A stretch of 64,000 nt of DNA, taken from Limisphaerales bacterium (GTDB lineage: Bacteria > Verrucomicrobiota > Verrucomicrobiia > Limisphaerales > UBA8199). The stretch covers positions 183,038 through 247,037 of the forward strand of contig JBGALR010000003.1 in NCBI GenBank assembly GCA_044223735.1, read 5' to 3'. This document shows positions 26,271-36,688 of this stretch, piece by piece. Within the stretch, counting starts at the first letter, position 1. Each line of letters opens with the position of its first letter. The translations under genes were made by a program, and so were the position numbers. Under the pieces are notes generated by a model. It was not told the origin of the DNA. It did no database searches and saw only the letters and a list, made by a program, of their open reading frames with translations.

Positions 26271-26651
26271 TTAAATATGTTTGGAGTCGGACTCGTCCTT
26301 GACGGCGTAACCGCTTTCCTGGCGCTTGAAATTGACCTCGTTTTTGCGGACGTAGGCGTTGAAGACGTCGTCGGCGCTCATGCCGAGGACCTGGGCCATG
26401 CTGATGAGAAAGTGAAAAAGGTCCACGACTTCGACACGGGCGTTTTGCTCGTCGAACTTCTGGTATTTGGCCCACCATTTCCAGGGGACGCTGTCGGTGA
26501 GCTCGGCGAGTTCCTGGGACATGGCGCGGCTGTAGTTAAGGAGCCACTTGGTTTTTTCAGCTTCGTCCATGCCTTCCATGTGGACGCCAATGCGTTCGTT
26601 GAGGGCGGTCTGCATGCGAAAGAGTTCGCGAAGCTGGTCTGGTTTTTCCAT
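26271..26651 (-). CDS. Dimeric-dUTPase-like all-alpha NTP pyrophosphohydrolase
   Basis: 'NYSRAMSQELAELTDSVPWKWWAKYQ...VEVVDLFHFLISMAQVLGMSADDVFNAYVRKNEVNFKRQESGY' resembles the dimeric dUTPase/MazG-like family. Confidence 0.6.
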   Translation of the reverse strand: MEKPDQLRELFRMQTALNERIGVHMEGMDEAEKTKWLLNYSRAMSQELAELTDSVPWKWWAKYQKFDEQNARVEVVDLFHFLISMAQVLGMSADDVFNAYVRKNEVNFKRQESGYAVKDESDSKHI

Positions 26652-27273
26652 GGGCGGGAGATTACCGAAGGCGGCGGTTGGGTGACAGGGAAAATTTTCA
26701 CCGGACAGCGCCGGTCAGGCGTTGAGGCGCGGAGGGGCGGAGGATTTTGACATGAGCGCGTGGCGAGTTGGGGAAATTTTGGGGCGTCTGGGGTTGCGGG
26801 AGCATTGGACAGCAAATGTCCAACCCCCTCGGTTAAGATGTGACGCGGATAGTGTGGTTCTTTGACATATTGAGGATTGGGTTGGGAGGATGGGCGATTC
26901 GCACCGATTCGCCGCCGGGTGGGTGGTGGGTGTGGCGGATGCGCGAATGGGCGTGAAGATGAGGTGCAAGGCGCCAGAAATCGCCAAAGCAGATAAGTGT
27001 AGGTGGAAAAAAGTTTCCTGCGGGGTCGGACGGGAGGCGCGGTGAAAGTGAGAATTAAGGGTGGTTCGCGCTATGGGCGGAGACGGCTGAGAATTGATCT
27101 GTGTTGGGTTAAGTTGCGCTCAAGTTGTGCTGACTCACGGCGATTCATGGAACGGTACGCCTTGGGGAAGGAATTGAAAATTTGCGAAAAGTGGTGCGGC
27201 AATCAGCGTGCGGGTGCATGAGGATCGGATTTTGGCCTTTGAAGTTGCGCAACCAGTGCTTATAAAGAGGTTT

Positions 27274-27888
27274 ATGCCTACGTTGCCAATGATGTTAGCC
27301 AAAGGCGGGCCAGTGCTGTGGTTGATCCTGCTGGTCAGCGCGGTGGCCGTGGCGGTTTTCATCGAGCGCTTTCTGCATTGCCATCGCGCGCAGATCAACT
27401 CGACGGAGTTTTTGAACGGCGTCCGCACGGTCCTGAAAAAGGATAATGTTGTCGAGGCGCTGTCAATTTGCGATGCGACGCCCGGACCGGTGGCGCGGTT
27501 GGTGAAGACGGCGATTTTGAATCGCGATCACGGACGAGAGCGGGTGCGTGAGGCGCTCGAAGAAGCGGGGCTCGCCGAAGTGCCGAGGCTTGAGGAGAAA
27601 TTGAATCTGCTGGCGACGATCGCTCAGCTCGCGCCGTTGCTCGGTTTGCTGGGAACGGTTTACGGTTTCATGCAGACTTTTTATTTGATGAATAAAGAGG
27701 GTGTGAACGCGCATTTCATCGATCTTTCGACGGGCGTTTGGAAGTCGCTCATTTGCGCGGCGGCGGGTCTTGCAGTGGCGATTCCGGCGCATGCGGGATA
27801 CAATTATCTCGTGAGCCGCGTGAATTCGATCGTGCTCGACATGGAACGCGCCGCGACGGAAATCGTGAACATTGTGACCGGAGCGTGA
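27274..27888 (+). CDS. exbB: MotA/TolQ/ExbB-family proton channel
   Basis: ATG at 27274 preceded by AAAGAGG. 'LATIAQLAPLLGLLGTVYGF', with three TM segments. Confidence 0.85.
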   Translation: MPTLPMMLAKGGPVLWLILLVSAVAVAVFIERFLHCHRAQINSTEFLNGVRTVLKKDNVVEALSICDATPGPVARLVKTAILNRDHGRERVREALEEAGLAEVPRLEEKLNLLATIAQLAPLLGLLGTVYGFMQTFYLMNKEGVNAHFIDLSTGVWKSLICAAAGLAVAIPAHAGYNYLVSRVNSIVLDMERAATEIVNIVTGA

Positions 27889-27907
27889 AGGTCGCGCGGA
27901 CATCGCC

Positions 27908-28333
27908 ATGAAGTTTCCCCGCAATGCACGAATTTTTCGCGGACAACTGGACGCGGCGCCGTTTCTCACGGTGCTGTTTCTACTGGTGATTTTCATCATG
28001 CTGGGCTCGCTGACGTATACGCCGGGAGTGCGGATCCAATTGCCGGTGGCGAACGATTTGCCGGGCATCGACAAGCCGTCAGTCTCCGTGGCGATCGACG
28101 CGAACGGCCGTCTCTACTATCAGAATCAGTGGGTGGAAGAATCCGAGCTGCTCGAAAAATTGCAAATGGCGGTGAAGGCGTCGGCGGAGCCGTTGACGCT
28201 AATCGTGCAAGGCGACAAGGCGGTGACGGAGGAAATGTTGATGCGACTGTCGATGCTGGCGCATCAGGCGGGCATCACGGACGCCTTGCTCGCGACGCGT
28301 TCGCGGCCCTTCGGTGAGACGAAGGCACCATGA
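27908..28333 (+). CDS. exbD: ExbD/TolR-family biopolymer transport protein
   Basis: An N-terminal single TM ('AAPFLTVLFLLVIFIML') followed by a periplasmic domain. Confidence 0.85.
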   Translation: MKFPRNARIFRGQLDAAPFLTVLFLLVIFIMLGSLTYTPGVRIQLPVANDLPGIDKPSVSVAIDANGRLYYQNQWVEESELLEKLQMAVKASAEPLTLIVQGDKAVTEEMLMRLSMLAHQAGITDALLATRSRPFGETKAP

Positions 28334-29124
28334 CCGTCGCGGCGATGGAATCGCAGTCGTGGCCGCGCGGGAAATGGTGGGGAATCGTCGCGCTGATCTT
28401 TGCCGCGCAACTGGGCTTGATCTTTTGGCTGGGCGATCGCGATGCAATCAAGGTTCGCCCGGCGGCATCGGCGCCGGTCATCCGGCTGGCGGGCAAGGGG
28501 CACGCCGATCTGCTGTTTCTCGACGATCCGACCTTGTTTGCGCTGCCGAATCGTCGTGGTTTTTCCGGGCTTTCGTGGCTGACGGTACCGAAACTGCCGA
28601 CGTATTTTTTCACGTGGTCGGAGTCGCCGCAATGGTTGAGCGCATCACCGCCGCATTTTCGGGCGATGGCCGGCCAGTCAGTTGAGACGAATGCGACTGC
28701 TCTGCCGCTGACGTTCAGCCGTCCAGAGCCCGCAGTCATGACTGTGAAATCATTACCCACATCGGGCGCCATGGACCATTCGACATTGCGGCTCGAAGGC
28801 GGATTGGCAAGCTTCAAATTAAAATCGCCCATCGCGCTCGCATCGCAGCCTGCCGCGGACTTGCTCGCGAGCACTGAAGTTCAGGTCGTGGTCGATTCGG
28901 CCGGCAGGTTGATGTCGCTGCCGGTGCTGCTCGCCAAAAGCGGAAGTGTGGTGGCCGACAAGGAAGCATTGCGCCTCGCGGCGACGGCGTCGTTCGAGCC
29001 GCTTGTGATTGAGGGGCCAAAGCCAGGGGCGGGCAGGTCGTCGGATAAATTGACGTGGGGTCGGATGATTTTTGAATGGCGGACCGTTCCGCTGCCCGCC
29101 ACCAACGCTGCCAGCGCACCGTGA
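28330..29124 (+). CDS. TonB-like energy-transducer candidate
   Basis: ATGA overlap with exbD. N-terminal anchor 'WWGIVALIFAAQLGLIFWL'. The C-terminal 'VQVVVDSAGRLMSLPVLLAKSGSVVADKEALRLAATASFEPL' resembles a TonB C-terminal domain. Confidence 0.5.
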   Translation: MTVAAMESQSWPRGKWWGIVALIFAAQLGLIFWLGDRDAIKVRPAASAPVIRLAGKGHADLLFLDDPTLFALPNRRGFSGLSWLTVPKLPTYFFTWSESPQWLSASPPHFRAMAGQSVETNATALPLTFSRPEPAVMTVKSLPTSGAMDHSTLRLEGGLASFKLKSPIALASQPAADLLASTEVQVVVDSAGRLMSLPVLLAKSGSVVADKEALRLAATASFEPLVIEGPKPGAGRSSDKLTWGRMIFEWRTVPLPATNAASAP

Positions 29125-29140
29125 TCAATCTTGAGACGCC

Positions 29141-29365
29141 ATGGCCATCTGGAATTTGATTTTGACTTACGTGGTCGTGCTGCTCGCGGGGCTTTGCGGT
29201 TTGGGCATTTACTCCGAGTTGCGACGCCGCCGGTTTGAGCCGACCCCGAGTGAGGATCGCATTTATCGCTGCGGTCGCTGCGGCTATGTTTACACCGACG
29301 ACCCGGATGTGGACCGGTCACGATGCTCGCAATGCGGCCAGATGAACGCCGCCATCGAGTTTTAG
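29141..29365 (+). CDS. Small membrane-anchored zinc-ribbon protein
   Basis: TM segment 'WNLILTYVVVLLAGLCGLGIY' followed by 'CGRCGYVY...CSQCGQ' (CxxC...CxxC). Confidence 0.5.
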   Translation: MAIWNLILTYVVVLLAGLCGLGIYSELRRRRFEPTPSEDRIYRCGRCGYVYTDDPDVDRSRCSQCGQMNAAIEF

Positions 29366-29378
29366 GACTCGGCGCGTT

Positions 29379-30944
29379 TCAATTTCCGGTCTTCAATTCG
29401 ACGACATCATGTGGTGTCGCTTCGCGTTGTCCGGCCGGGCTCACGCGGATGAAGCGAGCTTTCTCGCGCAGCTTCGCTAGGTTGGCCGCGCCGAGATAAC
29501 CCATGCCGGATTGAATGCCGCCGATCAATTGCGCGAGCACGCGATCCACGGAACCGGAGACTTCCTTCAAAGCTTCGACGCCTTCGGGCGCGACTTTGCG
29601 CGTGGGATCGGTCGTGTGACCGTAGCGCGCGGCGGAGCCTTCCTTCATTGCCGCGAGGCTGCCCATGCCGCGATATTGTTTGTAAATCTTGCCGCCGATT
29701 TCCATCACGTCTCCGGGCGCCTCCGGACAACCGGCAAAGATACCGCCGCAAATCACTGCATTGGCAAGCGTGAGCGCCTTGACGATGTCACCCGACTTGG
29801 TGATCCCGCCGTCGGCGAGTATGGCGACGCGTTTCTTTTGCGCCGCGCGCGAAGCGATGTAGAGGGCGGTTAATTGTGGAATGCCCACGCCCGCGACGAT
29901 ACGCGTCGTGCAGATGGAGCCCGGGCCCTGACCGATCTTGATCGCGTCGGCGCCGCAGTCGGCGAGGTAGTCAACGGCAGCGCCACTCGTTACGTTGCCA
30001 GCAATGATCGGCAGTTTGGGAAAAGCGTCGCGCAACATGCGAACGGTATCTCCGACCCCGCGACTGTGGCCGTGCGCGGTGGAAACGGCGACTGTATCCA
30101 CGCCGCGTTCCACGAGGCCGCCGACATGGGTGAGAATACGCTCGCGATCGAGTTCGCCGAACGCATTGCGCGTGGCCGACACAGCCGCGCCACAAACGAG
30201 GCGAAACTGGCCGTCTCGCGCGGGCTTGAACTGGGCGTTCCTTTCCTGCGTGATGCGCTCGATATCGCTCATCGTAAAGAGCCCGTGCAGTCGGTCCTGC
30301 TCATCCACCACGAGCAGCTTGTGGATGCCCGGATTGTCGGTGAAAAATCGATCAGCCTTGGCGATGGGATCGCGGCCGAGTTCCTTTTTGTGGATGGTTT
30401 GGACTTGCGGGCGCGGGGTCAATGCGTCGATCACCTTGCGCTTCGCATAGCGCGGTTTTACGACATGTCCCGGAAGCAAGCCGAGCAACTTGCCCTGCGC
30501 GTCAACGACCGGAAATGTGCTGAAAGCAAACCGTCGCTTGGCAATCAAGTCCAGCACATCGCCGATCAGCTGCTCCGGGGCGATCTTGATGGGATCCTGA
30601 TTGAGTCCGTGGACGTTGTTCTTTACCCGGCTCACTTCGGAAAGCTGTTCGCGCTCGGGCATGTTATAATGAATCAACCCGAGCCCACCGTTGAGCGCCA
30701 TAGCAATCGCCATCCGGGATTCAGTGACTGTATCCATGTCAGACGAAATCACCGGGATGCTGAGTTGCAAGCCCTCGGCAATGGAGGTTTCCAACTGGGT
30801 ATCGCGCGGAAGCACCTCGGAATACATCGTCGCCAGCGTAACGTCGTCAAACGTCAGCCCGATATTGCTGTACGCCTGAAAAAAGGTGTCCGCCGGCTTG
30901 TAAAACCGGGAATCAAGAGAATCCGACTCTTTGCTCGCTGCCAT
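29379..30944 (-). CDS. guaB: IMP dehydrogenase
   Basis: '[15 protein letters not shown]', a CBS pair, '[21 protein letters not shown]', '[13 protein letters not shown]'. Confidence 0.93.
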   Translation of the reverse strand: MAASKESDSLDSRFYKPADTFFQAYSNIGLTFDDVTLATMYSEVLPRDTQLETSIAEGLQLSIPVISSDMDTVTESRMAIAMALNGGLGLIHYNMPEREQLSEVSRVKNNVHGLNQDPIKIAPEQLIGDVLDLIAKRRFAFSTFPVVDAQGKLLGLLPGHVVKPRYAKRKVIDALTPRPQVQTIHKKELGRDPIAKADRFFTDNPGIHKLLVVDEQDRLHGLFTMSDIERITQERNAQFKPARDGQFRLVCGAAVSATRNAFGELDRERILTHVGGLVERGVDTVAVSTAHGHSRGVGDTVRMLRDAFPKLPIIAGNVTSGAAVDYLADCGADAIKIGQGPGSICTTRIVAGVGIPQLTALYIASRAAQKKRVAILADGGITKSGDIVKALTLANAVICGGIFAGCPEAPGDVMEIGGKIYKQYRGMGSLAAMKEGSAARYGHTTDPTRKVAPEGVEALKEVSGSVDRVLAQLIGGIQSGMGYLGAANLAKLREKARFIRVSPAGQREATPHDVVELKTGN

Positions 30945-31081
30945 GACAGAAAATGTCTGAGCGAGCGCGACATTGGCAAGCCGAAACGCAGTTGGCTCCG
31001 GGGGGAAGCGGCAAAAGGGTTGGCCAAGTCCTGGAATGCGGAGACTTGATTACATGGACGGGCGGTGGTTTGCTGCGGCAA

Positions 31082-32275
31082 ATGCGTGGCCGATACGTTT
31101 TGATGATACTGGGGTGGCTGGGACTTTCGGCCATGTCGCTATTTGCCGCCACCTCGGAGAGTCTTTCGCGCAAACCTCCGGGCGTCGTGATCGATCACAC
31201 TCCGGCGGCGACGCGAACCTATATCGGTTCGCCAAGTCTTGCGATTTTGACCAACGGCAACTATATCGCGTCGCACGATTTTTTTGGCCCCGGGTGTTCC
31301 AATAATCACTCGGTGATTTTTCGATCAGCGGATCGTGGTACGAACTGGCGAAAAATCTCCGAGCTGGATGGCCAATGGTGGTCGACACTGTTCGTTCATC
31401 AAAACGCCCTTTACATCGTGGGCACGACCACCGAATACGGCAATGCAGTGATCCGACGTTCGCTCGACGGCGGCGTGACGTGGACGACGCCCAGGGATTC
31501 TGCCAGCGGGTTGCTGCGTTCAAACGGACAGTATCATTGCGCTCCGATGCCAGTTATCGAACACGCGGGCCGGCTTTGGCGGGGCATGGAGCGCCGCGAT
31601 CCGCCGAGTGCGTGGGGAAAGAATTTTTGTGCCGGGATGATGTCGGTGTCGACCAATGCGGACTTGTTGGATGCCCGGGCGTGGACGTTCAGTAATTTTC
31701 TGCACGGCGACCAGGGCTGGGTGAGCGGCACGTTCGGCGGCTGGCTGGAAGGGAACGCTGTGATCGCGCCCGACGGACGCATGCTCGATGTGCTCCGGGT
31801 CGATACTACAGGCTATCCCGAACAGGCCGCGCTGGTGGAAATCAGCGCTGACGGTCGCGTTGCGTCGTTTGATGCGAAAACCGGCTTTTTGGATTTTCCC
31901 GGTGGCGCGAAAAAATTCACGATTCGTCGTGATCCAAAAAGGGACGTTTATTGGTCGCTGGCGACGATTGTGCCGGAGAGATTTCAATCGAAGGCAAAAC
32001 CCAGCACTGTGCGCAATACCTTGGCGCTCATCTCGTCACCGGACTTGCGAACGTGGTCCGTGCGCTGCATGTTATTGCAAAACGACGACGTGGCGAATCA
32101 TGGCTTCCAATATGTGGATTGGCTTTTCGATGGCGACGATATAATCGCCGCGTGTCGGACGGCGTTCGATGACGAAGCGGGCGGGGCACATCGGGCGCAC
32201 GACGCGAACTATCTTACGTTTCATCGCATTTCCACCTTTCGCACCCGAACCATGGCGGATCCCATCCTCCGCTGA
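31082..32275 (+). CDS. BNR/Asp-box exo-alpha-sialidase-like glycoside hydrolase (secreted)
   Basis: ATG at 31082 ('MRGRYVLMILGWLGLSAMSLFA', a signal peptide). Asp boxes 'SADRGTNW' and 'SLDGGVTW'. Confidence 0.65.
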   Translation: MRGRYVLMILGWLGLSAMSLFAATSESLSRKPPGVVIDHTPAATRTYIGSPSLAILTNGNYIASHDFFGPGCSNNHSVIFRSADRGTNWRKISELDGQWWSTLFVHQNALYIVGTTTEYGNAVIRRSLDGGVTWTTPRDSASGLLRSNGQYHCAPMPVIEHAGRLWRGMERRDPPSAWGKNFCAGMMSVSTNADLLDARAWTFSNFLHGDQGWVSGTFGGWLEGNAVIAPDGRMLDVLRVDTTGYPEQAALVEISADGRVASFDAKTGFLDFPGGAKKFTIRRDPKRDVYWSLATIVPERFQSKAKPSTVRNTLALISSPDLRTWSVRCMLLQNDDVANHGFQYVDWLFDGDDIIAACRTAFDDEAGGAHRAHDANYLTFHRISTFRTRTMADPILR

Positions 32276-32298
32276 TTCGGAAACGGTGTGGACCGTTG

Positions 32299-34602
32299 TC
32301 AATCGTCGGTGCCGATTTGCTCGTTGATTTGAGCAATGGCGCCGCGGGCGCGGGCCGCGTTATCGTCACTGAGGGGGCGGAGCAGGGCGGTACGGTAAGC
32401 TTCGCGCGCCTCCGGAAGCCGAGACAATTGCTGGCAGGCTGAGCCGAGGATGAGGTAAAGATTTCCGTTTGTTTCCGGCCATTTATCCAGCCCTTTGCGC
32501 GCATATTCTGCAGCGGCCCCCGGGTCTTTATCATGCAGCGCCAACATCGCGTTAAGACTGCAACCAAATGCACCGCCTGGATCGAGCTTTTCCACGGCGG
32601 CCAGTTCTTCACGGGCCTCCCCGGTATGACGCGTTCGGAGCAAGGTTACGCCGAGATTGTAGTGAGCGACGACGGAGTCGGGATTTAACTTGGTTGCGAT
32701 CCGCAGCAAGCCGACGTCCTTTGTTTGATGGCAATATTCGGCGGTGGCTTTCAAATCGTCCATCACCTCAAATCGCTTGTGGGGAATGCCAAACCAATTG
32801 TAGCTCGGGTCCACCAGCAACAGCTTATTCCCATCAAAAATGGCGGCGCAGGAGTGGGAAACGATCTCGCCGTCATAGGCGACCGTGACGTCCACGAAGA
32901 ACGCGTGAAGTCCCACCGCACGCGCCAGAGCAACGTAAAGTCGCGCATATTCCTGACAGCGAAAATAGGCGGTTCCCGGGCTGTTCCAAACGTCGAACGT
33001 CTCGGCGGCAGTGCGGGTGGCGCCTTCCCCGGCATCCAGGTGATGGCCCAGCGCATCAAATAGTATGCGGGCTTTTTGCGCATTGTTTTTCGCGCCAGCC
33101 GTCAATTCCTGTGCGCGACGAATCATCTGTGGTGTCGCTGCCAGGGGGTTGGTCACCGTGTTTAGTTCCGCCGCGGTCAGCTTTTCGCGGATGGCGTTCA
33201 ACAATTCCTGTTCGTTATACTCTTTTGGCGCGGTTCCCTGGAGCGTGGTGGTCTTCAACGAACCTTTAAGCAGGCGCAATTCTTTTTCGTAGGCGTCAAC
33301 TCGTTTTGGATTGAGGCCGACCTTTTGGGCGGCGGCGAGAAGTTTCTCGTAATGCGCCATGGCGGCAGGCGGTTCGTTGAGGCGTGAATAACTCCAGGCC
33401 AGCGAATCCTCGGTATTGATGTCGCCCTCGGCGACGAGTTGTTCGGCGGCCGTCAACTCGCGCACGCCGTCCTTGCGATTACCTTGCATCAGCCAGGCGC
33501 GGGCCAGATTGGCGTGCAGGGATGCTTGAAATGGACTGAGTTGCAGCGCACGGTTGAAATTCTCCGCCGCGTCGGGGAAGCGTTTTTCCAGCAAAGCCAA
33601 TTCGCCAAGCCGTGAATAGACTTCGGCGCTGTCGGGGTCGAGCCGCTGAGCGGTTTTCAATGGCATCAGCGCCTCGTCCGAACGATCGGTGAGCAACGCG
33701 AGATTTCCCAGACCCGAGTAGGCGCGCGCAAGTTCCGGATTCAATTCGGTCGCCTTGCGCAGCGCCGTCCTGACCGCGTCAAATTTCCCTTGCGTGCCCA
33801 GACTCGCCGCGAGCACAACATAGCCTTCGGCGCAACCCGGGTCGGCTTCCAGGACGCGGCGCGCGTAGTCCTCCCATACCTTCGCGGGGCGTCTGTCCTT
33901 GTAGGCGGCGCGTGCGCGGGCGTGCCATTCAAGGGCCGCGTTCGACGTGGTCCAACGCTGCCGCACGCGCTCAAGTTCGGCGCTCGTCGCGGTCACGCCG
34001 ACTTCCTTGAGCAGAAGCCCGGTCAAGTCATCGCGAAGCTGAAACCAATTGGTGGAACTGGCGTGCAGATTGGTGAATACTTCGCCCGTGGCGACGTTAA
34101 TGATTCGCAGGTTGAGTTGCCACTGCGCGTCGGCACGCTGGAAACTCCCGCAAACGACCCTTTGCGCTTCGATCATTTCGCCGAGTCGCTGTGCCTGGGT
34201 GGCGCTGAAAAACTCACCAGCCTTTAGCTGTAATTTGCGAAAGCCATACTCAAGCGTCGGGTCGGGCAGGCTGCGCAGGCCTTTGATCTCGCGAAGGCTG
34301 TTGCGAAACACAGTGTCGGCAGTGTAACCCCAATGATTGAGGGCTGGGTCGCCGGTCAAATTTTCGAAGCGAAAGAGCGCGAGGGCTATTCGATTGGAGG
34401 AAACGCCTGCTGATTTCACAGCGGACGCATCAACGGCTCCTTCGCAAATATGGGGAGAGCAGGGCGTCCCCAACACGCACAGGAGTAGAAAAATGAACGA
34501 GCGCGGCAGAATTAACCACCGCGCTGATTTGTGATTCGTATTGCGACGCCGCGCGGCAAATTTGATTGCGATGCCGGCTGCTTTCATCACGTCGCTGAAC
34601 AA
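32299..34602 (-). CDS. TPR-repeat protein with C-terminal-half transglutaminase-like Cys-His-Asp core
   Basis: Multiple TPR units ('AEGYVVLAASLGTQGKFDAVRTALRKATELNP' and others). 'CQEYARLYVALARAVGLHAFF...SHSCAAIF...LLVDPS'. Confidence 0.65.
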   Translation of the reverse strand: MFSDVMKAAGIAIKFAARRRNTNHKSARWLILPRSFIFLLLCVLGTPCSPHICEGAVDASAVKSAGVSSNRIALALFRFENLTGDPALNHWGYTADTVFRNSLREIKGLRSLPDPTLEYGFRKLQLKAGEFFSATQAQRLGEMIEAQRVVCGSFQRADAQWQLNLRIINVATGEVFTNLHASSTNWFQLRDDLTGLLLKEVGVTATSAELERVRQRWTTSNAALEWHARARAAYKDRRPAKVWEDYARRVLEADPGCAEGYVVLAASLGTQGKFDAVRTALRKATELNPELARAYSGLGNLALLTDRSDEALMPLKTAQRLDPDSAEVYSRLGELALLEKRFPDAAENFNRALQLSPFQASLHANLARAWLMQGNRKDGVRELTAAEQLVAEGDINTEDSLAWSYSRLNEPPAAMAHYEKLLAAAQKVGLNPKRVDAYEKELRLLKGSLKTTTLQGTAPKEYNEQELLNAIREKLTAAELNTVTNPLAATPQMIRRAQELTAGAKNNAQKARILFDALGHHLDAGEGATRTAAETFDVWNSPGTAYFRCQEYARLYVALARAVGLHAFFVDVTVAYDGEIVSHSCAAIFDGNKLLLVDPSYNWFGIPHKRFEVMDDLKATAEYCHQTKDVGLLRIATKLNPDSVVAHYNLGVTLLRTRHTGEAREELAAVEKLDPGGAFGCSLNAMLALHDKDPGAAAEYARKGLDKWPETNGNLYLILGSACQQLSRLPEAREAYRTALLRPLSDDNAARARGAIAQINEQIGTDD

Positions 34603-34614
34603 ACGAGGGGCACC

Positions 34615-35961
34615 TCAGGTGCCCAATTGCGCAAACGCCGCGTCGAACACTTCGAGCATGAAATCCGCATCCGCCTGCGTAATGATCATCGGTGGTGCAA
34701 AGCGGATGGTGTTGCCGAACAGGCTTCCTTTGCCAAGCAACAATCCCATTTCCCGGGCGCGTTCGAGAATTTCCGCGCACTCCGCCTTTGCGGGTTCCTT
34801 GGTGGTCCGATCCTTGACCAATTCGATGCCCAACATCAATCCCTTGCCGCGTACATCGCCAATGATGGGATACTTCGCCTTCAATTTTTCGAGGCCGGCG
34901 AGGACGTAATCGCCCATCTTTTTGGAATTTTCCTGGAGCTTTTCCTTTTCGATTACTTCGAGCACGGCTTTACCCATCGCGCAAACAACCGGGTTGCCTC
35001 CAAAGGTATTAAAGTGAATGCGCTTGGAGACGACGGCTGCGATTTGCGGCGTTGTGACGACCGCCGCCAGCGGACAACCGTTGCCAATACCCTTCGCCAT
35101 GGTGACGATATCGGGAATGACGCCTTGCGTCTCGAATCCCCAAAAATGCGTGCCCGTGCGGCCGAAGCCGGCTTGAACCTCGTCGGCAATACAGACGCCA
35201 CCGGCGGCCCGCACATGCTCATAAACATGCTTCAGGTATCCGTCGGGAAACACCACGACGCCGCCCACACCCTGGATGGATTCGGCAATGAAGCCGGCAA
35301 TCTGCCCCGGGCTGGTGTAATCGATCACCTGTTTGATGTCTGCCGCGTATTTTTTTCCGGCGTCCGGATCGTTGCGGCCGTAGGTTCCCCGATAAACGTC
35401 TGGAATGATGGCGTGGTGAAAGCCGAAGCTGTGCGGCACATTGAACTTCCATGTGCTGTGTGCGGTCATACCCATACCCGAGGCGTTGCCGCCGTGGTAG
35501 GCGTTGCGGAGCGCGACCATGTCATAATTACCCGTGTAGGCCCGGGCCATCATCAGCGCGAGGTCGTTCGCTTCCGATCCGGAATTGACGAAGTAGCAGA
35601 CCTTCAAGTCGCCTGGCATTTTCGACGCGAGCTTCTCGGCGAATTGCGCGATATTCGGATGCAGGTAAATCGTGGTGGAGTGCTGCAGAATTTCATTCTG
35701 ACGATTGGCAGCCTCGACGACGTGCGGGTGACAGTGTCCGACGCTGATGGTAACAATGCCGCCAAGGCCGTCGAGATAGCGCTTGCCGGTTTCGTCCCAA
35801 ATATACTGTCCTTTGCCTTCCACCAGCATGATCGGCTTCTTGTAGTAAAGGAAGATACCCGGATTGAGGTATTGTTTCCGCAACGCCAGCACCTGTTCGG
35901 CGGACGGCCCGCTGTAGGCTTTGGGCTGGTGGTTAGTGGGAGGGAGGGCTGGTGTTTTCAT
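34615..35961 (-). CDS. Class-III PLP aminotransferase (AGXT2 / beta-alanine-pyruvate transaminase-like)
   Basis: ATG at 35961. '[12 protein letters not shown]', '[19 protein letters not shown]', '[15 protein letters not shown]' (the PLP lysine). Confidence 0.85.
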   Translation of the reverse strand: MKTPALPPTNHQPKAYSGPSAEQVLALRKQYLNPGIFLYYKKPIMLVEGKGQYIWDETGKRYLDGLGGIVTISVGHCHPHVVEAANRQNEILQHSTTIYLHPNIAQFAEKLASKMPGDLKVCYFVNSGSEANDLALMMARAYTGNYDMVALRNAYHGGNASGMGMTAHSTWKFNVPHSFGFHHAIIPDVYRGTYGRNDPDAGKKYAADIKQVIDYTSPGQIAGFIAESIQGVGGVVVFPDGYLKHVYEHVRAAGGVCIADEVQAGFGRTGTHFWGFETQGVIPDIVTMAKGIGNGCPLAAVVTTPQIAAVVSKRIHFNTFGGNPVVCAMGKAVLEVIEKEKLQENSKKMGDYVLAGLEKLKAKYPIIGDVRGKGLMLGIELVKDRTTKEPAKAECAEILERAREMGLLLGKGSLFGNTIRFAPPMIITQADADFMLEVFDAAFAQLGT

Positions 35962-36569
35962 TGGGTGGATAGGTGTTGGTATAACTTTTTGGTAATCTTT
36001 TTGGAGGTGGTCAGCAACCACGAAGATCGCTCGGCGAATTCCAGTGACGTTACGTTGGGCACGCCATTGATGGTGAGTTCGATTCTGCGCCCGTAAGAAT
36101 AAAATCCTCGCATTCCCGAATTGTGCGGGCGAATCATCGAAACCTGGCTGCGGGGGACCCGCAATTTGATGGAGTCACCTTCATAGCACAGATCGGCAGC
36201 GGAAAAACTCAGGATGCCGACGTCATCCGCGTCTTCCAACACGGCACGCAGGCCAGAGCGGAGTCGAGGTGTCAGCGTAAGCTGCACGATGAAGCTATTC
36301 GGATCGCCGGCGGACCGGGGATTTATCTTCCGCACCAGTTGAGTCACGTAGGGATTGCCGAGACCGAAGGGGACGAAAATCGCCGAAGCCAGCAATGCCG
36401 CGAGAGGAATCAACAGCGTCAGGATGCCGAACTGAATCACGCTAACGGCGAGTATCGCGACAAGAATAGGCGCTGCGCGAAAGATGCCGAAGGCCGTCAC
36501 AATGAGTACGGCAGCCATCGTAAACCGGCGAGGCGCAGTGATCTCAATCTGTGCGGCGTTCGAAGTCAT
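35958..36569 (-). CDS. Hypothetical membrane protein (2-3 TM N-terminus + soluble C-terminal domain)
   Basis: Its stop overlaps the aminotransferase start (ATGA at 35958-35961). Hydrophobic stretch 'MAAVLIVTAFGIFRAAPILVAILAVSVIQFGILTLLIPLAALLASAIFV'. Confidence 0.5.
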   Translation of the reverse strand: MTSNAAQIEITAPRRFTMAAVLIVTAFGIFRAAPILVAILAVSVIQFGILTLLIPLAALLASAIFVPFGLGNPYVTQLVRKINPRSAGDPNSFIVQLTLTPRLRSGLRAVLEDADDVGILSFSAADLCYEGDSIKLRVPRSQVSMIRPHNSGMRGFYSYGRRIELTINGVPNVTSLEFAERSSWLLTTSKKITKKLYQHLSTQ

Positions 36570-36688
36570 TCCATTCGACTACCCGGCCATTAACGCAGCA
36601 AAAGTCGGCGCAAATCAAGCTTTTCGCTGGAATGAATCCCGGGCGTTATGACTCTGGGGCTTTGTCGTGCGTCAACTATTGGAGGCAG

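Noticed and set aside
29874-31049. 391-aa ORF antisense to guaB
   Set aside because: A mirror-frame ORF over a highly conserved gene. The sequence is low-complexity and Arg/Asp/His-rich with no recognisable domain.
34531-36096. 521-aa ORF on the plus strand
   Set aside because: It lies exactly antisense to the well-supported class-III aminotransferase and membrane-protein genes. The translation is Arg/Gly/His/Val-rich with no motif. This is a typical shadow ORF of GC-rich DNA.
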